The position numbers and the translations under genes are program-made. The notes under the pieces were generated by a model that was not told where the DNA came from, did not search any database, and worked only from the letters and a program-made list of their open reading frames with translations. Shown here one piece after another: positions 10,456 to 24,800 of a stretch of 41,458 nucleotides of DNA (positions within the stretch are counted from its first letter, which is position 1; the number at the start of each line of letters is the position of its first letter). Origin of the DNA: Reclinomonas americana ATCC 50394. Its lineage: Eukaryota. The stretch spans positions 22,308 through 63,765 of the forward strand of contig PS015011.1 of NCBI GenBank assembly GCA_048213135.1, read 5' to 3'.

Positions 10456-13400
10456 TCAGCGACCGCCGCCATATTCCACAACGGCGTCACTCAACTCGAG
10501 CGCGCTTGGAGTCAGCGGAACGCTGTCGTCGTCATTATTAGCCCCGTCGATATCGCTGTCATCCTCATCTGCGCCATGCCGGTACAGTTGATTCACGGAC
10601 ACGACTCCGTCAACGTCACCGTCGACATCTTCCAGTGGCACTTGGGGAAACAACTGCGGCGACACGGCACCAGCGTCCATAAGCGCTGCCGCAGATGGCG
10701 ACATGTACTGTGGATTGCAGTCGACGACGACGTCCGCTGCGCGGGCCATGATGGGCGACGGCATGCTGACGATTGCTGCCGCAGACAGGTCGACCATCTC
10801 AATGGCGGAGCCAGGTGCACGCGGTTGTGAAAAGCCATCGACATCTGTGCGAATCATTCACATGTTGGAGGAAGCGAACAGTGAGTGTGAGAGCGCAGCG
10901 AGTGTGTGTACATGAAGCAATACTCATGATCAGTCAAGTCAATCTTCTAATGCATCAGTCAATCCACCACTTGCACTCACCTCTGCAAGCATTCGGGGAG
11001 AGCTGTACGCTGACCCTTTTGACTTCCTTGCGCAGTCGGCAGTACGCCACAATTCCACGAATGACCGCAAGTAGCGTAGGCCCCGCGAGAATCGCGCCGA
11101 CGATGGCCAGCAGCGTGATGCTGACAATCACCTTAAAGTCGACAGCTGCTCTCGAGGCGAAGACCGTAGAAATCACAACAAGGCACCCAAGGCCGACAGC
11201 CTGTGTTGCACAAAAATGAGCTACTACAATGCCTAACACGCGCACTACAATAGTAATCGCTTTCACCTCAAGCACGTTGTTCGCGGTTCTCTCGTACGGC
11301 ATCACAACTAAGTGGACTGCCAAGAATCCAACGCAGATCAGCCAAAGCGCCAACGGCAGTGCATCAAGCAGGTTGTATGCTGCCAGCGGGAACAGTACAC
11401 TCAGCAGCACGAGGCGACGCGAGAGCTGGTATGCTGCGCATGAAAGAGGTTCTTCGGTGACAAGGAGAGATAAAGGGGAGCCGAAGGCAAAAAGGGTAGT
11501 TGCAGGCGAACCATAGTACCAGACAACCGAGTGTCGATAGTGATGATAGAGAATGCCGAATCGTCGTCGCACCTGTGGTAGTGCACTCGTGAGTCGGGGT
11601 TCAGTAGCAGTCGTACACACGCATGATAGGATGCAACCGACGCGGTCGTGTGAGTCATCCCTCTCAACAGCACCAGCAGCTCACCTGCTCAGTGTCCAGT
11701 CGACGCTGTCGTCGCAAGCGCACCGTCCAGTACACCAGACCGATAGGAGTGCATATCACCAACAACAATAGAATCACAAAGAGCGGAAGCAGAGTGCTCC
11801 ACCTGTTGTAATGATCGTCAGAGTGAGTCAATTGCAGACGCACCGAAGAAGATACGGTGACGCAACACTCCGCTAAAGCAAACAATACTCGGCTCGAAGA
11901 GCATCACTCGAGATTCACCGACGGTGGTGCAAGTGAAGAACATGAGCGCCGTCTCGGCAAATCCCTTGTAGGCGCCAGTGAGCAGCAGTACCACGCTGGT
12001 CATAATGTAGCGTGGCGATTTGCCGACGCGGGTAAACCATGCGACGAACACCAACCAGCGGCGCCCAGGAGCACCGTGATGCATGATGCGACCGCCACGC
12101 ACGCAGCGCTTGGTCATAAACATGGCCAGCGCTCTGTGAACAACAAAAGTCGTCCACAACAGTGACAAGTACACCAGTGGCGAGAGGATGCGGGAGATAA
12201 GATCGCCAACGGCATCCAGGTGCATGGGACAGCCGACGGAGAAGAATCGTGGTATCCAGAACGTGAGAAGACGGCTGAGAACGAGCACCTTGACATTCGG
12301 GTAGAACAGCAGAGTTGCCGTTTGCAACGTAAAAATAATCATCTCGGCAGACGCTGTGCATGCGGCAGATCTTGAATTCAGAAAGCCATCAGTGTCACCA
12401 TGTGCGCCTGACTTATTAACATACCTTCACCGGTGCCAAGCTGGAAGAAAATGTGTATGAAGAGCACAAACAGCCACATCCTGACGATGGTCCAAAACTG
12501 CGCCAAGCGCGACGTAGTGAAACACGGTATGCACTCCGATTCCCAGTGCGAGTAACCGTCCTGGGCAACGAAACACACGCAGCGGTGAGCTCGACACGAA
12601 AGCTGTCGTCTGAGGCACTCTCTGGCACGTGATCAACAACCTCGCACGCTCCGCACAGCGGAGAAAGGGACTGGCGATGTGAACCCGCCTTGCAATACTC
12701 CGCACCGACTTGCACCAATGTTGAATCTTGTCGCTCACAAAAGTCGTATGGACAAGTGTACGCGACAATCTCGTCATTCGAAGGCGGCAGAATCTCCGAT
12801 CCAGTATAGCCCTTGGCGCGCACCGATGTCGTATTCCAGTTGGCGCTAACCGGGAACGTCCACAGCTGGCTGGCCAACAAAACTGTGGTTCCGCCCTCGC
12901 AAATCACATTCAACGGACATCGACGACATTCCTGATCAAATGTCGACAACGAGTACTCGCCAACGCCGCACGTCTGACAGCCAATGGACGTGTACTGCAT
13001 TCCGGCCGGGCATGGTGTATTTTCCATCGTCGCTTGTGGAGGAGATCCAGAAAACAACCCGTTTCCGCTCAGCGACACTGCAATGCTCAACTCGTCGTCA
13101 ACATTGATCCCCGCCCGTTCACCCAACGAGTGCGATCGCCCCGTCGTAGATTCGGTGTTGTTGGCACCATTTCGCCGAGCACGCTGGGAGACAAAGAGCG
13201 AAAAAGTCGCTTCGCCGTCCTCCGTGGCCTGCGATTGATCTCGTGTCTGCGCAGACCAGCACTGCAAATGAGAGTGCCGAACCGAGGTGCGTTTGTCAAC
13301 ATTGACATTGAATGAGACTCACCGTGTTGCAAGCTACACATTGCACGCGAAATAGTGTTCCATCCAGCGTGGACATACGCTGACGAAACACGTCAAGTGC

Positions 13401-16400
13401 CCACACGCGTACAATACGCGGATCCGACGGTGAAGGATATGTTACATTGTTGCGCGACATCACGGCGACGTCGACGCTGAATAGTGCTGCATCGTAACAG
13501 AGAGAATTAGATATGTGCGTGTTGGAGACGTCATACTGAAAGAAGCAAGAAGAGATAACGCAACTACTCGCGACGTTACCGCCGGCAACATTGCTCGCCA
13601 CATTGTCGGCAGCCACAACATTACGCGCTTCTTGCCACTGGCTCCAGCCGCCAGCTTCTTCGAGTGCTCTGTGGACACTTAGAAGCATCTGCGGATCGCC
13701 GATACCATTCCAGAAGATACCACCGCCAGAGCCTTCGCCCAGCAAGTGCGTTGCGCGCGAATCTCCAACCAGTGCCTCATTGCCAACCACTTCCACGTCT
13801 TGCATCAGAATTCCCACTGGCGTCAACGTTGCAAGAGTCATATTGATTGCCAAACCACCGCCGCGACTTCCGGATAAGTTGCCAACGAAACTGCTCGACT
13901 GCAGCCATGTGCGTGTGCTACTGGAAACGCTGGCTCCACCACCGTCACCGCTGGTCGCTGTGTTCGTCAGGAATCGACAGGCAACACACGTTGTGCTGCC
14001 ACGCCCACCTGAGAACAGACCACCACCAGCAGACGATGCAATATTGTCTTGAACAGTGCAAGAGCGCAATGTGACCGTCGGCTGGTCCTCCGTCGACACT
14101 CCACCTCCAGCCACTGCCCGGTTCCGCGTTAGAACAGAGCCCGTCGCGGTCACTGTTGCCCTCTCGGCCGCCGAAAGTGCGCCACCAGTGCCTTCCACAG
14201 ACGTGTTCCTGTCAAATGTCGTGCTGTTGAGATGGGCTTGTGCGTTGCCAGCTACCGACGCTCCACCACCAGAAGACTGAGCACGACCAGAAATCAATCG
14301 CCCGCGAGCGTCGATCCATGTGCCACGACCGCGGGCACACACCTGACCCCCAGATGTGTCCGCTCTGTTGCTGGCAAACTCCGTGTCTACCGTTGTCACA
14401 GTGGCCACCTGCGCCACAAACACTGCACCCCCCGAAAGCACGGCAGTGTTGGTGATGAATCTGCAACTTTGAATTTGCAGGCTTGACGATCCGTCGGCGT
14501 ACAGGCCGCCTCCGTCATCAGCAGCATTGTCAACAAAGGCAGTGCGAAGGAAAACGTTATTGCTGTCCTCACCCGCATACATACCACTGCCGAAAGCTGC
14601 CGTATTACGCTCGATAACACAGTCAGTCCACGACCCAGTCGACTGTGCATTCGCGAAAATGGCACCACCAAAGTTACGCGCTCGATTGCGCCGCAATGCC
14701 ACTCCGTCAACCGCGGTGACAGATGATGTCGCGGCCATGTACACACCACCGCCGTTGTGCGATGCCGAATTGTCGGACACAGAGCTTCCGACAGACATAC
14801 GGAGACTCGCTTGGTCACCTCGCACAGCGACTCCGCCACCATACTGTGCAGTATTACCGATGACAGTTGTGTTGAGCATGGTTACTTGGCTGCCAAAGTC
14901 ACTGATCACTACACCGCCACCATAGCCTGCCGAGGCAGCGTTGTCAGCGACTGTGGAGTTAGCCAGCAGACTGGTCGGACCACTGAGGGCCACACCACCG
15001 CCAGAAAACGACGAACCGTTGCGAGTGACATTGGCAGACGCCAACGTGGAGGTGGAGCCAACAACTGCACCACCGCCCACAACAAAACTTCCAGTCACAG
15101 TGTTCCGTAATAACAGAACATTGGTGGCCACACTCCCGTTGTCCAACAACAGAGCACCGCCGCCAGTCGACCGTCCCCCACCCCTGATGGTCTGTTGAAG
15201 CATGGTATTCTCGACGAACGTTGACGATCGCACCTCAGCCCCGTTTGCCAATAGAACCGCACCCCCACCACAGAAGTCACCCGAAGAATACTGAGAAGAA
15301 CCCGCAGCTCCCGCATCCACAACTACGTTTCCCCGAAACTCGCAGTCGGCAGCGGACACCGGCAATCCAACCAATAGTGCACCACCGCCGCCGTTGCGCC
15401 CACTCCCTACACCACTTTCAGAGTTGTCCGCGCCACCAGCCCCATCGAGACGTGAAGTGTTGTTGAAAAACGTGCATTGTTGAACTCGAACCCTCTGCGC
15501 ACGACAAGTTGTAAGTCACTCCCCACTCTGTCGCCTACACGTCCTGAGTGTTGTGCACCTTTGAATGAGTAACCCGGCCACTATAGCCCACCAAAAGTGC
15601 ACCCCCACCACTGTACGCGCCAGAAGACGCCCCATTCTGCGAACTTTGACCTCCAACTCCGTTCTGCGAAGAGGAATTGTTGACGAACTGAACTCCAGTG
15701 ACAGTCTATTGATGGTGACACTTGTGAGAACGACAAGTTGCCGACAAACGCAGATGAGAGGTGCACAAACCGAAAATGGAACTCCGGACGTCAGCACTGG
15801 TAAGTACAACAGAGCACCGCCGCCACCAGAAAACATGGCGGAACTCAATGCCGAAAGCGCTGCGCGTGGACCTCCATTGCCTGGGCATGTGGAGTCTTGG
15901 AATAAGTGTTCTGCGAAGAAGTGCACAAACTCACTCATCTCACCGTTGAAAGCAGCGGTGTTGTTCTGAAAATTCGAGTCACTGAGCTGTAAAAGAGTGA
16001 GCGATGATGTGCAACGTTAGAAATGCAGACGGAAAAAACCATAAAGATTCGAAGAAGTGCAACCAGCAGAGCGCCACCTCCACTGGCGACTCCCATGGAG
16101 TTGCTTCGACTCCCACTGTCCGAACCACCCATCGAATTACGAAGGGCAACGTTGTCCATGAAGCGACAATTGCGCACATCGGAAGTGGGCTAAAAACAGC
16201 AACGTCAACCACACCAACCACGATTGCGAATGTCAACGGAACCCCGCGAACAGAAAAAATATGCTACTCACGTTCTGTCCAACGCTGTCGCTGGCGGATG
16301 TGATTAGCACGGCACCACCGCCATTCACTGACCCAGAAGCGGACACATCGTTGCTGAAGCGGCCACCGGATCCGTTATCAGTGGCGCCATTGCTGCTGAA

Positions 16401-19400
16401 TGTACAGCCGTTGATTGTCTTGTGTAAACAGCGACGGTTCAGGACGAAGGGGAGCCTGCAGCGCTATAGCACAGCATCGACAGCAGCAGGCTCACCTGCG
16501 AACTGAAAACATCAGTGAACAGAGCGCCACCTCCGTTTTGGCCACGCTCGGATTGGGCGCTCCTGGCTTGCACATTCACTGATGAGCCTGCGAAAAATAT
16601 CAGTAAGGATCGATCTCCCGAGAGGGACGACCGATTATCAGGCTCACCTTGGCCACCACTGCCGTTGTTCACTGCCATGTTCGAGGTGAATGTGCTGTCG
16701 ATCACAGACTGCGCAAGGCAACATGTACGATTGTTTCGTGAGACACGCGAGCGTGCGTGCTTTTCGATCGTACGCAAACCTGCGAATATGCATGCGCCCA
16801 CACTGCACCACCACCATTCTCGCCACCCGAACTCTCAGCAGTTCCGATACCGCTAAGCGTGGCGACACCTGCACACACAAATGATTTGTTCAGACCAGTA
16901 CATTTGCCAGTAGCATCCGTGTGTAATACGTCGTCGGCCGCACCACCGTTCCCATTTTCCGACGCCAGATTTGACACAAATCTACAGCCCTTAATGGTCT
17001 ATGCACAACCCGGTTGGTCTTCTCATCACCTGACGCATCGAAAAACAATCGACCTGACGCAACTTGAATGACACGAAGTCCAGCATACACGGCGCCGCCA
17101 CCATTTTGACCGCAAAGACTGTCAGCATTGTCACCAGTACCTGTGCGGTTGCCGTGCGCTGCTGAGAGACCGACATGAACATTTTTTTGGAGAGCTCGCT
17201 GATACGCACGCACCGGCCTTTCCGTTCCCAATTGCAGAGTTCATAACGAATGTGCTCGCCGAAATTGTTTGCCACAAGGTGTAGGGCTCAGCAATACCGG
17301 ACCACACAGCGCCACCTCCGTGCTGTCCATTTTCACTCGACGCAGAGGCATCACCGCCGGCTCCTGCAAATTCGAACGTGATGTGCTCTCTCGCGAACGG
17401 GATTGGAATAAAGTACCAACTACGCCAAACCTCCACGGCCATTGTTGACCGCTAGGTTGGACAAAAACGTGCAGTTGGCAATCGTCTGCGACTCCTTTCG
17501 TCAGACAAGGGATACGAGAACAGAGAGAAAGAGACAGCGTCAGCAAAACCTCGTCGGCTCCAATTGTTCCGTAGAATGTCATCACCGCGCCACCTCCAGT
17601 TTTTGATGCCGTTGCTTTAGAAGAAACCGAGTTACCGACGCCGCCACAACCATTCTGCACCGCTTGGTTATTTGTAAAGGTGGAGTTCCACATCTGCAAA
17701 CCTTTGTTGGAGGAAATGGAGCGAGTCACCGAGTGGCAGCAATGCACATGACGCACCAGCTGGCGAACTGACTCATTGAGGTACGGGAATATGCTAAGAA
17801 TTCCTCCACCACCAGAGATGCTGGACAGGCGAGCGGTGTACGGATATTCCAAACTAATGCCAACTGAATTGCCACTGCCGATGTTGTTGCTTCCACCGTT
17901 GCTGTTGCGTATTGCCACATTGTTGGCGAAAGTGGAGAGCGCAACCTGGCGGAGTGTGTTACAAGGCACCCTCCACTAAGCGCGAGGTTCACGATGCCAC
18001 TTACCTCCACACGCGTCCACCCTCGAATCCACAACGCGCCTCCTCCATTGCAACAGCTTGCATCAGTGGTTGCGCCAGCATTCAAATACTGCCCTCCGTT
18101 GCCGCTATCTTGCACGGTGTTGTTGGAGAACGCTGAGTCCTGCTCGGGTGCGCTGTCTTAGGCAAGAGAAAACACATGCATGCACCGACGCACACGCACC
18201 GTGATAAGAGCGGACCGCTCCACGCCCACCACTTGCGCACCGATCAATAGCGACGCAGCCCCACCACCGATTTGACTTCCGCCAGAGGCTGTCTTGATAC
18301 TTGACGCTGCTCCGCAGCCAACTGACGAAGCGGAGCACTTGACACCGTTACCACTCTCAACAACAGCGTTGCGGGAAAATGTTGATTGCGAAATCGAGAA
18401 AACGGGACTTGTGGCTACTCCAAAGAACAGCAAGCCACCGCCTCCCACAAAACTAACTCCTGAGGGATTTGAAACATCACCGTTGCCACACTGTGAAACG
18501 ATGTTGTTCGTCCACAAACTCCCCCAGTCGCTGAAGGAGAGACTGGAGGCTCCAGCCAAGCGAACAAACGCCGCACCACCGCCGGTGGTGCCCCGGGAGA
18601 GCAGAGTGGCCGTGTTATTTGCGAATGTCATGTTCCGGAAGGAAACATTTACCGTGCCGGAGCCAGCTGCAGTCAACAGAAACAGCGCGCCACCGCCGGC
18701 GGAGCCGACAGACGTCGCACTTGAACCGGATCCGACAACGGCGTTGGAGGTAAACGAGACGTTGCGCAACGTGACGGCGATGCTTGGCGCAGCCTTCAAG
18801 CTCAGTGCGACTGCGGCTCCGGAAGCGTCATCGCCGCGCTTGGTGCAGTTGGTCCAGGACGAGTCCATGACGCTGACAGTGGTAAACGAGCCAACCGCTG
18901 ACACAGCAGAAGCCTGGATGCCTTTGGCGACGCTGCTATGAGAACCAAACACAGAAGACGTCACCACGAGATCTGCACGAGAGGCCGCGGTTGCATCAAG
19001 CGACAAGAAGCCCGCTTTCGAGTTGACAAAGTTGCAGCCGGCAATGGCGACTCGTGAGGCAGCAGCCGCAGGCGACGTCCACGACACTGACGGCTCTGTT
19101 GAGCCACCAATGACAGTTAGGCCAGTTATCTGCAACTCGGCAGTCTGTTGCAAGACCAGAAAGGCCGAGGTGGCGGCTGTGATGATTGGCGATGTTGCTG
19201 ACGTGGAAAGCAAAGTCACGTTCCTCCCTACCACGTGAGGAGCGGACGTGATCATAAGCATCACGCGAGGCACACAAACACACAAGCACACACGCGCACA
19301 CACACAGGGAGAGAGAGAGAGAGCACAGTGCACACATATGCAGAGCACATTCACTATCATTCGCGCACCCCTCTGCATGCGCACATCACGCATGCAAACA

Positions 19401-19884
19401 CGCACACATTCACAGCCGTAAAACAACGCACCCGTGAAGGACAATACACTACTGACAGTGTAAGCACCATCCAGAAACGCCACTTGCAGCTGCCAGTCCG
19501 ATGCCGCAACATCGTAGCCACGGGATGAACATGCACCCAAAAGCAGTGACGCAACAAGCGAGCACGGCACATCCTCGAGAGATGCACCGCTGCCACCACA
19601 AGGCAGCGTGGTGGCACCAGCGGGCGACACGAATACTGTGAGCAGAAGTCGTCGATCGAGGTCAGTGGATTTCTGGCTGCATGTGCGATTGTGGCGCACA
19701 CGCACACACCTTCACACAGTGCGGAAGGAGAGACCGAGTGTATAGCCGCATTCAGTGGCGCTGTGTATTCGTTTCCGCTGGCAGAAGCAAAAGCGAAGAC
19801 CAAAAACGCACACAATACTACAAGTGTACATGTGCGCTCTCGAGCTCGTCGGGATTGGCGTTGTACAACAAGTACAGCAGCCAT
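10456..19884 (-). CDS. Very large surface protein: signal peptide, Pmp-like GGA(I/L/V)/FxxN beta-helix repeats, Cys-rich GCC/ephrin-receptor-like module, multi-pass TM C-terminal domain, acidic tail
   Basis: ATG 19884 followed by hydrophobic LVVLCAFLVFAFASA. Dozens of FxxN...GGA repeats (ORFs 18158-19705, 13296-15374). CPAG..GCQTCGVGEYS..CRRCPLNVICEGG. TM region includes RFGILYHHYR..WYY...RRLVLL and HLVVMPYERTANNVLE. Stop at 10456. Not every internal junction was resolved. Confidence 0.85.
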
Positions 19885-20209
19885 CTGACTGTGAGAATGA
19901 CAGGAAGGGGTGGTGGTAGCTTCTGCTCTCGTGTTTGTGGACTGGAAGAGTTTTGGAACACACGCCACGCACGGACGACGATAATGCAAACGCATATGCA
20001 ATGCTTCAGTGCGACTTCGACGTCGACGCCGCTGCGCACAGCGCGGCAACGGGGAGCTAAGGCCGGCAATATCTGGAGTGGCAGTTGCTGCGCTCGCTGA
20101 TGCGGAATGCTACAAGCAGAGAATGAAGAATCGCAGACAGATGAGTGAGTGCAACGCGTCCCCCGTCGTTCATTCCGTCCCCTTCCTCCATTGCTTGCGA
20201 TCGCGATTC
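19885..20209. promoter_or_regulatory. Probable bidirectional promoter (Pmp-like gene / DUF3592 gene)
   Basis: Divergent start codons 325 bp apart. Confidence 0.5.
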
Positions 20210-21615
20210 ATGCAGCTGTTAGCCTTTGCGCGCTCCGTGCGCCCTCTGCTCGCTTGCCGGCATCATCGTTGCGCACGTTCTCTGCAGCAGTCAGTGCACG
20301 AGCAAGACTGATTCTCATCGTGTTTGATTCCCCCGTCAGCAGCATTGCTGCGTCAGTGCACGACTGCCGCTTTCTCGACCTCTTCTCCTGCCCAGTCATC
20401 GGTTCCATCATCCTCGCCACAGCCACCCGGTGTGTATGCTCCTGTGCATGCATGTGGATTCCGACTGTTGTCTGACGGAATCTCCCTGCTCCTTCCTGCT
20501 CCCCACAGTGAGTGCACCGCAACAACAACAACAACAACAGGACAAGGGCGGGAGTGGCAAAGAGGGAGGCGGTAGTGGTGGTGGAGCTCGGCCCAACGAG
20601 ACCAAGCGATCGATCTTTGGCTGGGAGCTTCTGATTGCTGTGCCAGTGGCGATGTTCTTCTCCTTTGTCGGTGTTCCTCGTTGCGTGCTGTGTCGTGCCG
20701 TCGCGCCGTTGATCCGCGCGGCCATATGTCGCTGATCGTGCCGTCATACGTTGTTTTGCAGCTCTGTACTACGGGTGAGTCTGCCCTCCATGTCTTCTTG
20801 ATATTCACTGCGCTGTTTCACGTGTGTGCGCGTGTGTGTGTGTGTATAGTGTCAAGAGCTCCAGCTGGCCCACAGTCGAGGGTGTGATTGTCAAGTCGGA
20901 TATCTTTGAGCAGTCCCGCAAATCGGTCGTGTTCTCCGGTAAGTAGTGCAGGGTGGAGGCAGCGCATCATGTGATCACTGTATGTATGACCGCGGTGTGC
21001 AGGCACGGACTATTTGCCCGATATCAAGTACCGTTTCCGAGTGCCCGGCGAGACGGCCGATCGCGAGGGATTCATTGTGTCGTTCCGTTACTGGGGTGCG
21101 CCGCCGGCCCGGCCCGAGGCCGAGTCTCTGCTCGCGCTGTACCCCGTCGGTTCCAAGGTGTTGAACTCGTTCACACCGCCATGGTCCGCTAGCGCTCACT
21201 CACTCCTTGCTGCGACACGTGCAGGTCACTGTGCACTATGACCCGTCGCAACCAGGTGTGCTCGCGCTCTCTCTCTCTCTCGTCATCTTGCTTCGAGGGC
21301 GTTCCCTCTTTGTTGGTTTGTTGGTTGACGATGCATGTATGTATGTGGCGGCAGAACGCGCGGTGTTGATTCCTGAGATCGGTTGCATCGGTCTGAGTGC
21401 GGCGTTCTCCAGCGCTGCTGTTCTCGCGTTCGGCTTCCGTGTGGGTCCTGCGCGTGGTATTGTTGCGTGTGAGCGTGCATGTGCATTTTGCACTCGATCA
21501 CTGTGTTTCTCAACCATCGGCCACACAGTTCACCAGTGCCGTGCTCATCCTCATGGGCTGGCTTGCGCAGTACGGCTGTCAGAACGCCAACAGAGAGAAA
21601 CCAGTGGGTGCTTAG
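20210..21615 (+). CDS. DUF3592-domain membrane protein with predicted mitochondrial presequence
   Basis: Spliced: MQLLAFARSVRPLLACRHHPALLRQCTTAAFST...TM...SSSWPTVEGVIVKSD..YLPDIKYRFRVPG..AESLLALYPVGSKVTVHYDPSQPERAVL..TM. Includes a 13-nt exon at 20762-20774. TAG at 21613-21615. Confidence 0.75.
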
Positions 21616-21828
21616 AGGGGAGTGGCATGTCAACCCATTCTTTGCCAGCAGACGGTAAACACACGAACGAGTGGATTGCACCAAACCCTTCCTCTTTCAC
21701 ACGTTGCCACTCTCCATGTTCTAGAGATCTCTGTCTGCTGACCAATCTGTCTCCTTCATCTTCTCCCTGTCGTTGCTTCGTTTTGTGTCATCACCTCTCA
21801 CAACAAGCGTTAGCTTGTTTATTAATTC

Positions 21829-24800
21829 TCAATCACCACCGGTGGGTGCGCCTTTTGCGTCCCACTTGATTTTCCTCGACGTGTCATTGGGTGCCTGCTT
21901 GAATTGCGGCGGTGCCAGCGGTCGCTTGAGCAAAACCGATGCCTGCCGATACATCGGTGCGTTCTGTTGCGAACTGCCTTGGCCCTGTAGCTGGGCGGCC
22001 ACATTCCGGAACGCATCGTTGACAAGAGCCACGCACTCGGCCGCCGACATGATGCACGTGACCACTGGTGGTCGTGCAAATGCGTCGATCGTCTTGACCA
22101 GGCTGCTCTTGAGCTGACCAGGTGCAGTGTTACCGTTGCGCTTGTCGAGGGCAGTGTGGGTGCTGCCGCGTCGCAATGTCTGAATCGCGACACGTCGAGC
22201 TTGCTCGTGCATGAGACGGTTCTGGTGGGGTTTTCGACAGAAATGTGCGTGAGACCACAACAGTTGAGTTGCCGACTTGAGCTGGTGGTGATCACTTACC
22301 GTCTCTGCGTTGACCAGCTCTCTCCGCCTTTCCACGTAGCGCATCATCTGACGGTGTGCCAGCCACCGCCGACGGCGGACGAATTCTTGCACACTGTTCT
22401 GTATGCATTCTCTGCGAAACAACAAGGTGAGTCCTTTTTTTCCAGTGGAGATCGGCGCGCGCGGGGGATAGCGTGACGCACGTGGTGACGAGGTGCAGCG
22501 GCGGCAATGGATTGAGCAGCTTGGCTCTGAAGGATCTTTCAAAGCTGCATGCATGAACATCGGAGAGAAAATGTCTGTCAGCAGGTGACCGCTGCGATAC
22601 ATGGAGGCCGAAGACGACACTGACCGGTCAAAATGCTTAAGGCCACTCTGCTCCAATAATGTCTTGAGTGGAATCTGTATGGTCGGGCGCGTCAGAGAAG
22701 AGCATGTGATGGAATGCACAAAAACACACACACACACACACATACACACCTGCGAATCGCAAGCCCAATCTGGCACTGGGTCTCTGTCTCGCGTTGCAGC
22801 CGATCGATGCAGCAGTTGAAGCAGACTCAATACCTTGATGTTGTTCAAGGCCGTTTGTGCGCGTCTGTACAATCAGCCGTGAGATGAGAGCAGCGCCACA
22901 CGCTTGCGCACGGTACGTAATGTGAACAAACCGTGAATGAATGAACGCCCGGATCGTTCGTTGCGCAAGACGCACTGTAGCAAGCACAGGAACTTCTGAG
23001 TAACCACCCTCACTCCCTCCCTCTCTGTCAACTGTGTACGCTGGTACCTCTCCGTAAAAACTTTTGCGCAGCAACCAGTGCGCGTCGTGCGAGGGCTGTC
23101 GCCCGCAAGAACCACCGAACCAGGACCAGCGCCTGCCGTTTTTTCTCAATGCGCTGATTCATCCGCTGTACCCAGAGCGCACTGCAGCAGTGGAACAAGA
23201 GTGAGTTTCACGCACATGGCACGCGGACTATGCATGCCCGGACGCACTCTTCGACGCCGTGCGGTTTGTGACCCAGTATTCGCTGGCGAACCAGCGGCCA
23301 GAACTGTTTCTGCAAGATGGTAGCTGCTCGTGTGCGCCTCCGTTCCACACAACGCACCGTCTCCGCGCGTACTTCCTGCGTGCGTGTGTGAGCAAGCGCG
23401 AAGATTTGCAACTCCAATCGCTCTGCGCTCACGCGCGCGCACGAAACGAGGAGGGCGGCAATCAGGGACTGGACACGCGAGGCAGCCGCTGCAGTGGTCA
23501 TCCACTGGCGCACCAGCTGCGCGTGTAGGTCACGATCAGGATTCCACCACATGTACGCTCTTATAATCTCTCTTGCACACTCACCGAGCGGTTCTTGATG
23601 CGATCTTTGAGCCGCTTGGAGGCTTCGACGGCCTGTGTGACCCGCGAGTCAGAAAAAATACTGCAAAGAGTGTGCAAGCAGCAACAGTGAAGACGAGCAG
23701 ACGCACCCGTTGCACTTTGTTGTCTACCGACTGAGCCAGTGCGGCGGCACGTCGCTCTTCTTCCACTAGCTGCTTATGACGCACGTCGGAAGCGTGCCGT
23801 GCCTGCGATTCGAGCTCCTCGTGCTGTGTGCCAGAATCAGCGTCAATGCATGCGACTCGTGCGCGTTACAATGGNNNNNNNNNNNNNNNNNNNNNNNNNN
23901 NNNNNNNNNNNNNNNNNNNNNNNNNNNNNNNNNNNNNNNNNNNNNNNNNNNNNNNNNNNNNNNNNNNNNNNNNNNNNNNNNNNNNNNNNNNNNNNNNNNN
24001 NNNNNNNNNNNNNNNNNNNNNNNNNNNNNNNNNNNNNNNNNNNNNNNNNNNNNNNNNNNNNNNNNNNNNNNNNNNNNNNNNNNNNNNNNNNNNNNNNNNN
24101 NNNNNNNNNNNNNNNNNNNNNNNNNNNNNNNNNNNNNNNNNNNNNNNNNNNNNNNNNNNNNNNNNNNNNNNNNNNNNNNNNNNNNNNNNNNGTCACTCAT
24201 GGGCGTGGGCGATCGTCTCGCTTTCCGATTGCGGAGATCATCCATCTGAAGGAGGACGGGAAGCGCGAGTGGCAGCGAGTGCTGGGCGTGCGCTCGATGC
24301 CGGTGTCGCCGCGACAGGCGGCGACGCAGACGTTGGTGTTGCCAGAGATTCATCACAGTGTGTCTCCGCAGCGATCTGACACGTCGCGATCGCCGCTGCG
24401 GAGGCTGGATCGAGAGTACGGCGTTCCGTGTCTGTCGCCGTCGTGCGCACACGAGGTGCATCACGGTCGTCGGGAGCGCATGGACAAGTTGTTGGCGTGT
24501 CACTCGACATCCGTCTCTCCGCCACCCTCCTCGCGCATCAGTGGCCATCTAGAGCGTCCCAACCAGTTTGCGTATCACTCGTCGCCAGGCAGTGAGGTCG
24601 GAGGTGGCGAACACCGTGGTGCACGATTCGGCGTTCCACTGGATCCTTTATTTGGTGAGTGAGGGAGAGAAATCGCAACCGGGCCCGTATGTCGCGGCGC
24701 TGTCTCATACGATGTACACACAGGGCCTGTCATGTCGACGAGTGTGGATATTGAGGACTCGGCAGACCACGGCAGCATGGGCGGCGGGTCGGAATTCCGC

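Noticed and set aside
13296-19705. Chlamydial Pmp autotransporter or bacterial contamination
   Set aside because: The gene has many spliceosomal introns of the host style and ends in alpha-helical TM segments, not a beta-barrel.
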